A stretch of 61,408 nt of DNA, counting the filler, from Choristocarpus tenellus KU-1152 (taxonomy: Eukaryota > Protista > Phaeophyceae), in the NCBI GenBank assembly GCA_964200185.2. It is 12 parts of 12 records of this genome, joined end to end, with 100 filler letters (N's around TTAATTAATTAA, not from the genome) between each part and the next. Parts side by side here need not be neighbours in the genome. Positions count along the whole stretch, not along the records: positions 26,851 to 30,540 come from CAXNAD020018501.1; positions 30,641 to 33,588 come from CAXNAD020023450.1; positions 33,689 to 37,728 come from CAXNAD020016532.1; positions 37,829 to 41,072 come from CAXNAD020021308.1; 8 more parts are not named here. One strand, given 5' to 3'. The first letter of the stretch is position 1. Every line of letters starts with the position of its first letter. Made by a program: the position numbers and the translations under genes. The notes beneath the pieces were generated by a model. The model saw only the letters and a program-made list of their open reading frames with translations, was not told the origin of the DNA and made no database searches. This document shows positions 27,335-38,767 of this stretch, piece by piece.

Positions 27335-28527
27335 TTGGTATTGCATGTGGGGCAGGGGAAGGTGGGGACCGAGAAGAATGTTTCAATTTTGAAAGTGCTG
27401 TGCCACTGGATGTGGCACTGGGAGAAGGAAGGGGATATAGTGCAGCGTGTGGGGAAATTGAAGTCTTGGGGGTGGTGGTGGTAGAAGGCTCAGGATTGTG
27501 AAGGGGAGGCAGGTAACAAGCAAAAGGGAGGGAGACGGATGTCGCCCTCTTGTGGGTATGGGGAGGAAAGAAGGGGAGGGAAGACAAAAAGTAGGGGTGT
27601 GGTGGTGGCTGGTGATCAGTGTAGTGCAGGTGTATACTGGCCACTCGCTAATGGTTGTGACCCCCATTGAGTATGTATCAAGGATGTGATCCTGGTTTTG
27701 CTCAGAACTTTGGTTCCAAAGTGGTCAGGAGGGACGGGATGGAAAGGAGGCGGAAAAGTAGGATGGCAAAGGCTGCTGCGGTGGATTGGGCGAGAAGGGA
27801 TTGACTGGGTACCTGGGGCTTGACTGCTACATCAATGATTAGGAGCAGTATGTTGTTCAGAAGACTTGCAGTTCACTACAGATGCTGTCAAAGAGTGCTT
27901 TGCGATTTGCGCTATTGATCGTTCGTGTGATGGTGAATACACATGATTATTGTTGGTGATAACTGAAGTGGTATCACGGTGTGCGGCAAGAGCAGGAGAG
28001 TGTATCAAATCGTGGTCAGTGATTCGTGCTATTGACACTTTGTGTAATGGCGAACAGTATATGTGTGTTTGATGCAATATCTGCAAGAAGTAACAAGTAG
28101 GACGTAGTAATTGAGAGACAAGGAGTCAGTTGTCGGTACAATACTGCAGAGTACAATGGGTGATTGGGAGTTGTTGATCAAGCAAGAGGAAGAACAATTC
28201 ATGACCAAATAGTCTAGGTAAAGGTTACCCTCACGGACAAGTGCAGCTCACTTTTTTCTGAGCTGTGGGTTATAAATGAATATATCCAACCTTCTGAAGA
28301 GTGGTGGGGATCGTCATTATTACTATCATAGGTGTTTATTCTGAAATGGTGAGGTTTCCGTCATTTTCTTATCCTATTGATACCCCCCAGTTGACCTCCT
28401 AGATTGTAAGTCTCAGATTTCTCCCTTTCCAGTTCTAATCTCTTTTGAACATCCCCATGATGTGCTGCAATCCCTGTCCTGTCCCCACCATTTTCCTCTG
28501 CAGAGTCTACCTGTAACTTCTCCATAT

Positions 28528-29849
28528 CTAGTTAGTTGCCGGTTCACCTTGACTACCTTCTGCATAAGCACCATTGCCCCCCAAACCATTATTTGCCTCA
28601 ATCTCATGAACCTGATTGTCCGACATTGGAGCATGTAGATGTTCTTTTTGAGGAGGAGCCACGGGGCCATAGATGTGGCCACCCTTGCGCCTGCAGTAGG
28701 GCAAGGAAATAGATGTTGTAAAAGCTTCATGTAAGGAGCAAGGGCGGCGGGCAGGTAGGGTATTCCAACAATTTTGTTCAATAAATTGCTTCCAGTTCGT
28801 GTTACAATGTAGCTAACCCTAACTATAAAGAGGAGGATCCCCTATAGAGCACATGGACAGACAGGGTTTACTGAAGTAGAAGCAATATCTATGCAGTGCT
28901 CCAAAAAAAGCCTCACTTGTGCTGTTGGTAAGTCATAGAGGCAGGTTGTGATGTTTGATAGTATATTCTTTCTTTGCTAGTTTAGCATGATACCAGAGTA
29001 TGGATGTATGATTCGATTGAAATTTTGGAAAGTGAGAAGGTGAGGTGAGAAGGTTAGAAGGTGTGAAGACATGGGCACACCTAATCTTGGGATTGCTGTT
29101 TTGATATCTTCCAACATTCATGCAACCTTGCCAACTGAAAGGATTGCCTATGGGAAAAATTCATACTGATGCGTGTACATATACCTGTCTTTGCTATTTT
29201 CTCACCAACCAACCAAGGTGTGAATTAGCTTTGCTTAGCCTTCGGCAGGATGAAAGTGTTTTTCTACAAGGTACTTCATACAATTATAGGTGATAGCGTG
29301 AGGCACTTGGGGATGGACTACAAATTTTACATCTTGTCTGGAACTACTGGTTGACATCGTTGACAACTGTAGTGTATGGTGTTGTGTAACCAACATTAGA
29401 CTAATGAGAGAATGAGACAGGTTCAGGGTTTCTAGGTGAAAGAACAGAGGACCTGCTCCAGTGTTTGCTATGAGAATCCCTCACATAGCCCGTACAGAAT
29501 CAGGGATCTGGAAAAAATTATATTAACCTCTATCCATCTGGTGCTGACCCAATCCCTGAAAATATCTGCAGTCAAACAGATAGAGCCTCTCAGCCTGCCC
29601 ACTTAGAGATAATGATACTTGACCCCACACCTTGTCCAGCTCCACCATTTTGTCTTTGGACCAACTCTATATTTCAGAAACCTTCCTCGAACCGACTTGC
29701 CTGAGAAGATTTATTTCAGATTTGATCGCATCCAGTTCGCGCGCCTGCAGTCGAACAAGTGCAATTAGTCTGTCTCTCTCTTCAATCTCCTTTCGAATCG
29801 AAGGTCCCTTTCCACCAAGGCTTACATTGCCCCCGGTAAAGTTCAACTC
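28528..29849 (-). CDS. CFAP44: Cilia/flagella-associated protein 44 (WDR52)-like, last two exons
   Basis: Exon 29849-29701 (ELNFTGG...EIEERDRLIALVRLQARELDAIKSEINLLR) joins via a GC-AG intron to exon 28690-28528 (RKGGHIYGP...*), restoring the CFAP44 C-terminal signature ERxxLxxLVxxQAxE(I/L)xxLKxEIxLLRRKGG. Confidence 0.8.
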
Positions 29850-30238
29850 CTGCCAATACCATGTTTTGCAATGGGTAGGGTGGCAAAGAGCAATGAGTGC
29901 ATGTTACAGTTTGCTGTGCGCTTTCATATGTTCAAGACCTGCTTGATTTTGGTCCAGACGCCTGGCAGGCTTTCAAAGCAACTCATACTGCTAACTACAT
30001 AGTACTCTGGGAGTAATAACAGTTGTGAAGGGCCATCCCCATGTAACAATCCTATCACGGACCCCTCATTGTCTCTAGATCAGAATGAGTGATGATGCCA
30101 AGATCAACACTATTCTATGATGTTGAAAAACAAGTAATCTAACGGGGTAGGAGATGTTGCCGGGAGCAAATTAATCCTCCCAATTTGTTCAAAGTAAAAG
30201 AAAATATGAAAGACATACTTTTCCGCATGTGGTATGTA

Positions 30239-30262
30239 CTCCCTCTGTCTTGGCAGGACTCC
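30239..30262 (+). mobile_element. Stowaway/PlantMar-type terminal inverted repeat (TA + CTCCCTCTGTC)
   Basis: First 11 nt identical to the reverse complement of the mariner end at 44094-44104; preceded by TA; partner end not found before the gap. Confidence 0.5.
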
Positions 30263-30659
30263 AACTCTGTGTTTGCTTCAAGTTCTAAAAGTGGTCATGT
30301 ACTCAAATCATTTTCAGATTCAGTTCAATCCAAGGTCTGCATTCCCCATTGGGTCAAAGTATCTGGGGGGGGGGAGTGGTTTGTGAAGGGGCGTCCGTTT
30401 CGATCAAACAACTCTTTTTGTTGCTGACATTTTAAAATCGACACGTTCGACCAAATCGCACCAAAAAAGTGAAAATCGAAAAAAGGGTGAAAATCAGACG
30501 CTGACCCCACCCCCCCCCCCCCCCCCCCCCCCCCCAACCCNNNNNNNNNNNNNNNNNNNNNNNNNNNNNNNNNNNNNNNNNNNNTTAATTAATTAANNNN
30601 NNNNNNNNNNNNNNNNNNNNNNNNNNNNNNNNNNNNNNNNCAGTCACGACAGTTGCATG

Positions 30660-33159
30660 CTATGCAGCTGGGGGAGGGGGGGGAGGTTGTGGGATGGAGG
30701 ACTGAGTTGGGTTTGTAGCAGAGCCCACAAGGTTATGTCCATTATCGTCCGGAAAGGTGACATTGGAGCTTATAGTCCAGGTTTGATGCGGAGCTGGAAG
30801 CTCTCGGATATCAATAAGCTTCTGTAAAGAGAGAGGGAAGACATATTGAAACAACCAGAGGTAGAGGTAGAGGTGAAGGCAGAGGTGGGGGTGGCTTGCA
30901 GATTTGTCATATGCCAAGACTAACAAAAACCAGAATGAGTTAGAAGATGGAATGGTTCAGGACATTGAACAAATAACAACAAGGGCCACCAGAGCACAAG
31001 CCAGCATGCCACAATTGGGTACCAAGACACATTCACAGTGCAACCTCCACTCCCCCCCCCCCCCCCCCCGGTCCCCCCCCCCCAACCCCCCCCCAACCCC
31101 CCCCCCCCCCAAACACCACAAAAAAAACACAAAAAANNNNNNNNNNCACCCCCCCCTCCCCCCCCCCCCCCAACTGGTCCTCCAACCACATTACAGCCCA
31201 AATCCCCTCTACAGGCAATGAAGATAAAAATCAACAGAACAAACAAGTCTCTTGGTGTCTTAAAAAAATCTAAATAGACCAACCAACACAAGGGACAATT
31301 GATGCTTCAGCGCTTCACCCAATAGGGGGACCCAGTTACATACCAAACACACCTCGGAGACATCGACCAATAATAAACAAAAAAAACAAGACCTGTAACC
31401 CTAACCCTAACCCTAACTCCCCCAAAGTGAAAACAACACTCTCCTCTCATGGAAGCTTACTACCCGTGGAGCAGAAACAATGCCACCACCAAACCCAGGC
31501 ATTCGATGCACCCCACCATGTAAACAACCTTCACTCACCAGACCTGTACTACTCACTCACGGAACCAAAAGTGCCATCGGCAACAGTAACCAACCCTAAC
31601 CCTAAACTCACACCGCAGAAGAGAGTGACATCGCAGGCGTTGCCATTTCCCCTCTTCGGCCAATGAACTTGACCCGTATCCAACAAAAACAAAACACACA
31701 CACACAAAACCTACAGAAATCGCCTCCTTGCCCCATTGAGACCCCTCCCCATATATCCTCAGCATCACTCCATGACAAGGTCAAGCCTACCCTGACACAC
31801 AGCTCACGCGAGTCTCAAGGTCTCTCTACACGCACGATTCAACCAAACCCGATCCCGAGACACTCCCCCAGCACGCAACACCAATCATCCCCCCGCATAC
31901 TCCCCCCCCCCTCTCATACAAACAAAACAATAAAAAAAAGAGGAGAGTAGAACACCTCCTTTTCCTGCAGGCCAAACCAAAAAAAACATTCTTAGTATTC
32001 TAGTATACTTATTTTTATTAATTTAATTTATTTTTTTTCTCACCTCCTTGGCCCTCTTAAGGCTGTTCATCATGAGTGTCGGAGGAGGATCCAGTCCCAT
32101 ACCCCCATTCATCATCGCCCAGTGCAATTCTGGAGGAATAGGAGTGTCAGAAGGCTGCCCATAATATATTCGCTCTGGAGGCTGCCCAATGATCCACCCT
32201 TCCTGCCCTCCCAAGCACTCCTTCACAATTGTAACCTGCCCCAGAGATAAAAGAAAGTTGGATCACCTTGGTGTCAGTGTTTCATTGGCCAATGTTGGCA
32301 ATGCTTATTGTGTCAACTTGTAGTGTACTCAAAAGTCTCTAAGGTATACACCTCAAGGATGACACAACCCAGCAGTATGGGAGGGACAACAAGTTTTGTT
32401 TCGCTTTTGATTGGCCAAAAGGCTCGAAGTATTTGGGGGGGGGCAAGGCGGTCTACACCTGGGTGTCCATTTGGGCCAAGACCAGGAGAAGTGCACATAC
32501 ATTATCCATCTCAAGCATGCAACCAAATCACACAAAAACCATAACATGGAAAAATGGGCCCTGCATGGACAGCCGTCACCCCCCCCCCCCCCAGATACTT
32601 TGAGCTAAAAAGGGGGTGTAAAAGGGGTGTAAAAGAGGGTGTTGCATGAAATGAGCTTGTATACACACAAGTACACTAAAATATTTAATTCTTATGTGCC
32701 CCTCTACCTCAACAAATTCCAACCCATGAAAAAACCTACCCCCCCCCTGTCTTTTTACCTGTTTCAAAAAATATCGAAGGCATCAATGAAAACAAAAAAA
32801 AACATGCACAATGAGGAAAAAAAAATGAACCCAAGACATCCTGGGTTACTTACTTGACTGGCAATGCACCTCTAAAAAATAAATAAATATCTCACCACAC
32901 TTCAAGTACACACTTACATACATGACACACACTACACATTTTCACCTGCAACAACAGTAGCACACACACTTGAGAACCCCCCAAAAAAAATCTAAAGGAG
33001 AACGGAACCAATTCTACCCATTCCCTCATAAAACAAAAAAAAACAATGTACACATGTTCACAAGACACTACATCCAATTCATCATTAACTCACCTTATTG
33101 CCCTTGGTATACACTGGAGCTGAATTCTGGAACCCGACCAGTTCGTAACTTCCGTTCAC
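30660..33159 (-). CDS. Uncharacterised protein, 3' exons, with a VNGxY...Y...W...Y...PP..W...P.P module
   Basis: Exons 33159-33094 and 32235-32044 (phase 0, GT-AG): VNGSYELVGFQNSAPVYTKGNK-VTIVKECLGGQEGWIIGQPPERIYYGQPSDTPIPPELHWAMMNGGMGLDPPPTL. Downstream exons (~31667-31614 and from 30821) are tentative. Confidence 0.65.
32421..32606 (+). mobile_element. MITE family B, intronic
   Basis: TIR GGCTCGAAGTATTTGGGGGG ... CCCCCCAGATACTTTGAGCT; flanked by AAA/AAA. Partial copies abut gaps at ~6520, 11597, ~30349, 41173, ~58098. Confidence 0.8.
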
Positions 33160-33688
33160 CTATCAAAAAAAAAAAAGACACACATCAAACACAAAAAAAA
33201 TACATTGTCACAAAGAGTTGAAAGCACATTAATAAGATTACAAAAGAGGAAAATTAATGTAACACATATATAATACATAATGTTGGGGATCACGTCTTCA
33301 GGACAACATCGCTGAACATTAAAAAAAATGAAATACAGTAAAATATACTTTAAACAATATCATTGTATCTATCTATCTATCTATCTATTATTACTACTAC
33401 TACCAAGAAAGGACATTATCATCATAATAACTGGTTTATTGTCACTAGTTGCTTTGTTGTAGGCGGAAGGTAACACAACAAATCCCACATACAACAGTCA
33501 CAGTGAAACCAGACAGCCCGCTCCCCTCCCCTGCCCTCCCCCCCCCCCCCCCCCCCCCCCCCCCACCCACATTCCCCCCACTATACAANNNNNNNNNNNN
33601 NNNNNNNNNNNNNNNNNNNNNNNNNNNNNNNNTTAATTAATTAANNNNNNNNNNNNNNNNNNNNNNNNNNNNNNNNNNNNNNNNNNNN

Positions 33689-36001
33689 TCTGGATCGTGT
33701 GAGGCTTCACACCTTCTTGTCTTCACTACTGATAAATAGCATTACCCCCCAAGGTAAATTGCACAGGTTATGAGTTTCAGTAGTATGGAGAATAAGAGCA
33801 GGTGATGAGCCTCAACGACATGAAGAAGTTGCCCAACTGGACTGGAGCACTAGCACGACCACTGGAGACTTGGACAACATGGAGATTATATCTGGTGGTT
33901 TATGCCAGCGAAAGGGTCTGTAAGACATTATGCGGCGAAAATACGTCGTCCTGATCTAACGGAACATTAACGGAACAGGAACGAACATCGTACTGGAACT
34001 ACGAAAGAGGAATCAACGGAGGACGCGCCGAGGACTAGATTCCTGTACAGCTCAACGGAGGACGCGCAGAGGACGAGATCCCCGTGCAGCTCATCACAAG
34101 ACCCGATATAAGCTACAGGAAGCTGAAATGGGCAATAGGCTCATCATCGTCATACCAACAAAGTGGACCTGCACCTTCGGCAAAAATGGGAAGCTGGGAG
34201 CTAAGGAGACATGGGATATGGTATGATTGATAACGAGCAAGAGCTGGAGGTCAAGGGGATACTTTGTGTACCTGGTATGCCATTCCGAATATTGAGCACT
34301 GGGACCCTGTGACGGAGATTACCGAGGCAGTGCAGCCGGAGCTGCAACCCTCTGAGCCTGAGCCTGATCCTGAGCCACAGTAGTCTGCCTATGGACCTGG
34401 AGCAGTCGTCACAACACTTGTCCCTGAGGGGGCATGCTCATCGATTGGAGACCCCAAGATTCTTGCTTACGGAATGAGAAAAGCAATTGCTGTACCTGCC
34501 ACTAGGGGAGCAGGATATTAGCAGGAGCAGTAACTAAGCCTCCACCAGAAGGGAAAGGAGAAGCTAACCGTGGGGAGCCTGGGAGCGCCCTAGCCGCTGG
34601 GACCATAAACTCACGGAAGAGAACACAGAAGGTCAGCGGAGGAGGCAGCCAAGGTACAACTGATCAACGTACGGACCATATTACAACAGGATCCCCTACC
34701 AGAGACGAGATCAGGACTGATCAAGCATATTGGTCCTTGTTCTTTCGAAGGAATATGCTACAGCTGTGGAGATAAAGGACATCTTCAGATCGTTTGTCGC
34801 CAGAGGAGAGTGACACCGTCTAAACAGGTGGAGGAATTAGCTGGACCAGGGTTGGAGCCAGAAAAGAAAAACAGAGGAAGGTTGTCAGCAAATGGCTGCC
34901 TGCACAAGACTTGCAAGTCTGGGGAGTAAATAATATCTACTCCAGACCATCAAGAACCATCTTCTATATCAGAGGCACCCTGGCGAGGAAATTTGTCAGC
35001 AAAGGACTGCCTGTACGAGACTTGTAAGTCTGGGAGTAAATAATATTTACTCCAAACCATCAAGAACCATCTTCTATATCAGAGGCACTCACGGGGCCTG
35101 AAACATCAGAAGGGCAAGCGGCAATGGAGAAGACAGAGCAACAAAGGATGAAAGACACATTCATAGAGGGAGAGGTTTCGAGATAGGGACGAAATCCTGT
35201 TAAGATCAAGTCTGAGTTTAAGATAAAGCCAACAGCTGAGGGGACCAGCGAACAGTTCAAGACCAGGTTGGTCGCACAGGACTTCAATCAACGAAAGGAT
35301 GTACAAAACATTCAATTATGATAGGCTTCAAGTCTGGGGTAGTGAGTGCTACGTCCAACAAGAGAAACAGCAGAGGGGAGCTAGTTCAAATTGTCACCCA
35401 TACACGAAGCGACGGATCATCATGGGACACGATTGTACATCACTGTGTCGGTACATATAAAGAAGCAGGTACAAGACTTCGTAGATATTGTGTTGACTAG
35501 ATGAATGACGTATGTTAGAGTTCAAGCAATTGGTGTTCTTTTACTGCATTGACAGGATAAATGTAATATGTGTGAGAGGTGAACCAATATGTCTTCTCTT
35601 ACTTACACTCTCATGGGGCAGTGTGCAGAATAAGACGTTTTAGGTTTGAGAATTCCAGCAATCCTTCATTGCCTGCACTCTCATGGGGGATGTGAAAAAT
35701 AGGACAATAGTGAGTTGTACCCTATTTTGTGCATGAGAGATGTAACTAATGAGGTAGTACATCCAGATTATGAATGGAAATACGTATGGGTTATTCTTCT
35801 GCATTCAACTACTTTGACATAACGGTTGACTTACGTATGAGACAAATAATAATAAACAAGCAATAGAAGACACCCCACATAGGTCATTCTTCTAACCCCA
35901 TCCATTCTTTCCACGTTCAGCAAAGGGGAATCGTGTGAGGCTTCACACCTTCTTGTCTTCACTACTGATAAATAGCATTACCTCGCAAGGTAAATTGCAC
36001 A
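33689..36001 (+). mobile_element. Non-autonomous Copia LTR retrotransposon (5' LTR cut by the gap)
   Basis: 5' LTR end 33689-33765 matches the end of the 3' LTR 35691-36001 (TG...CA); PBS GGTTATGAG at 33766; PPT-like ATGGGGGA before 35691; zinc knuckle CYSCGDKGHLQIVC ~34757; RT fragment GRNPVKIKSEFKIKPTAEGTSEQFKTRLVAQDFNQ ~35186-35290. Confidence 0.88.
35691..36001 (+). repeat. 3' LTR (311 bp)
   Basis: Starts TGTG after the purine tract, ends GCACA; last ~70 bp nearly identical to 33694-33765. Confidence 0.85.
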
Positions 36002-37660
36002 GTTCTTCAGGACGAGAATATTGCTTACCAACTGATATATTCCAGCGAGAAAGGCATGGAGAGCATCAAATTGGAGAGAGTGTACAAGACATTCAAGTAT
36101 CACAGGAGGTCTGCACCTTCAGAATACCTCATATGACTTGGCATGGGTTGTCTGGTTCAGAGACCCTGACCCCCATGAGTGAGCCTTAGTCAGCAGGTGA
36201 CAAATCGCATAAACGGGATATAATGGAAAGAGAACGGAGAGACAACAACGAGCATGTTGTCTGGGTGAAGATGGCGTCTTCTGGCGTCAAAATCGTCCTT
36301 AAGTGCACGGGTGCGCGTGCTGAGTGTCACCCACGTGCGAACCGAGGGCGCGGAATACTTGATTTAAGTATCGTCCAGTATTTCTCTCGATTACTGCAAG
36401 TTGACCAACCGAGAACCATCAAATAAGGTCAACCATGATTATGCGATTACAACAAACGAATTTTCATGAACAAAATCGTTGTTGATCAAACGTCATGACA
36501 CCAGAAAGTTGATAGAGGAGACGACTATAATACTGTACTAGACATACATAGCGATATGATGGTTTACGACTATAGTAGAGTGAGTAAGCAAGATGACATT
36601 GAGATGGGACAGGAGATGTCGGAGCAGGTATTTCAAATGGCTATGCTGGATTCCATAGATGGCGACTACCAGATCACCAAGCACTAACTGTAACACCATG
36701 GTGTTGGTGAGCGTACGAGGGATACCATTCAACGTGTTGACCGTTGGCGATATTTTTCCTTGCAACGCGAAGCAGGGAACCGTGGGGAGGCTGGGAGTGC
36801 AATTGCCGCAGGGACCATGAACTCATCTAGGAGCTATGAAAAGGTCAGCCGAGGAGGCGGCCATGGTGCGACTGGTCAACGTATGGACCCTGGTACGACA
36901 GGGTCCCCCGAGCCAGGGACGAAATCAGGACCCACAGAAGATGCTCAAAATGTGGACTGATCGAACTGGTCCTTGTTCTTTGGAAGGACTTTGCTACAAC
37001 TGTGGAGGTAAAGGACACATTTAGCTCGTTTTCTGCCAGAGGAGAGCGGTGCTGTCTAGGCAGGCGGATGATTATAACTTTGGAGAAAATGGCCACCTCT
37101 AGCTTGGTCGCCAGAGGAGAGCAACGCCGTCTAAGCAGGCGGATGATTGTTATAACCTTGGAGGTAATGGACACCTTCAACTTTGTCGCCAGACAAGAGA
37201 GACGCCGCCTAAGCAGGCGGATGATTTAGCTGGGTCGACGATAGAACAAGCAAGGAAAGGAGGTGGACGGAAATTCAGGACCACACTAGCTGCTGTGGTC
37301 GATCACGAAAAGGTGAGCGCGTCTGGTTTGGGGCGTTGGTGTTTTGATCCGGGGGCATCAAAGAGGTTGACAAGAGACCAAACTAACACGAGTAGTTTCA
37401 CCCCATGGCCAGAGGGTCGAACAATGACTGTCGCTCATGGGTCATCACTCCCCATTAAAGGGTATCACGTGGTTGATTTGAATTTCAGCGTAGGGCATTA
37501 TGAGTGAGTGGATGTTGCTTTGGAGTCTGTTGCACTAGTCCCAGATCTTGCATTCAACCGTCTTTCCTCACGCTCTGCCAGTAAGACGACGAATGAAGTC
37601 GCCATCCAGTGAAGTGGAAATGCATACTTTATATGAGATGGGGAGGGTCTTGTACTTGTC
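36002..37660 (+). mobile_element. Decayed Copia gag-protease region (host of the nested insertion)
   Basis: Three tandem zinc-knuckle-like units (CYNCGGKGH, DYNFGENGHL, CYNLGGNGHL) at ~36990-37190; protease motif WCFDPGASKRLT ~37337; downstream motif VALVPDLAFNRLS; many stops. Confidence 0.8.
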
Positions 37661-37828
37661 TTTTGAGTGAAACTATCTTAGAGGGCACGAATTTTTCCCT
37701 GTTTGTCCATTTGTGGGGCTTGGCTTCCNNNNNNNNNNNNNNNNNNNNNNNNNNNNNNNNNNNNNNNNNNNNTTAATTAATTAANNNNNNNNNNNNNNNN
37801 NNNNNNNNNNNNNNNNNNNNNNNNNNNN

Positions 37829-38734
37829 GGCTCTGGGGGCTCAGGTGGGGTGGGAGATGGTGGGGGAGGGGGAAAGGCTCCTCCAGTGAAAAAGAGAAAG
37901 GGCGGTGGCGGCTGGCGAGGTGGGTGACCCTAACCCTATTTCCCTAACCCTGAAGGGATCAGAGAGAAACATCACTTTTGTTTTGACGCTCGAGGGTGGG
38001 AGACTATACAAGAGCAGTCGTTATATTTTGTCATTTCTTTTTTTTGTTTCTTTTTTGTCTCTTTTATTTAGCATTGGTTTGCATCTCATCTCTTGCGTGC
38101 TGTGGTGGTGGTATTTGAGCAAGAGTCGTGACACGACTCTTAACTGCACCTTTCTAGTATTTGGCTGAGATGTTACTGGGTAAGGGTGTTTGGAGATTTG
38201 GTGCTGATGGACAGGTCTTCATTTCTCAGCGCTTGGGAGAGAACGTGCAGGTTACGTTAAATGTTCCTCCCCGGTATCCCTACCCCGCCACCACCCCTTT
38301 CTCATTTCTATATTTTTGTTCCTACAATACCCCGTACTGCTCCCCTGTAACCTTCAGCTGTTTTCACCCATAATACGCCTAGTGTACGTACATACCTGTA
38401 AGGCGTTTTTTGTCTGTTTCGAAATGAACGACGTGAAACACGCCTCCAACCAAGAGCAGAGACCGCAAGTCACGTGTATTTGATTTGCACATCCGACCCT
38501 TGATAAATATATATATAATATATGTATGTTCACACGTGCGTTTGTCTGTTTTGGAATATATATATATATATATACATACACACACACAACATGAAACACG
38601 CCTCCTCCAGCCAAGAATGGAGAGCAGGTCGCGGTCCGCGATGAGCGAGAGGCTAGTGAGACTTGGATTCTTGCAAGGGTTATGAAGTACATGACAGACA
38701 GTCATCACTATGAGGTCAGTTCAATCCTTCTCAA

Positions 38735-38767
<33 letters not shown>

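Noticed and set aside
30904-31291. Poly-Pro/Gly ORFs (also 22482-22800, 45833-46260, 58186-58806)
   Set aside because: Homopolymer runs around N gaps; low-quality sequence
28528-33159. Joining the 30660-33159 exons to CFAP44 as one gene
   Set aside because: Separated by an artificial linker, the upstream gene appears to have its own stop, and its domain is not a CFAP44 feature
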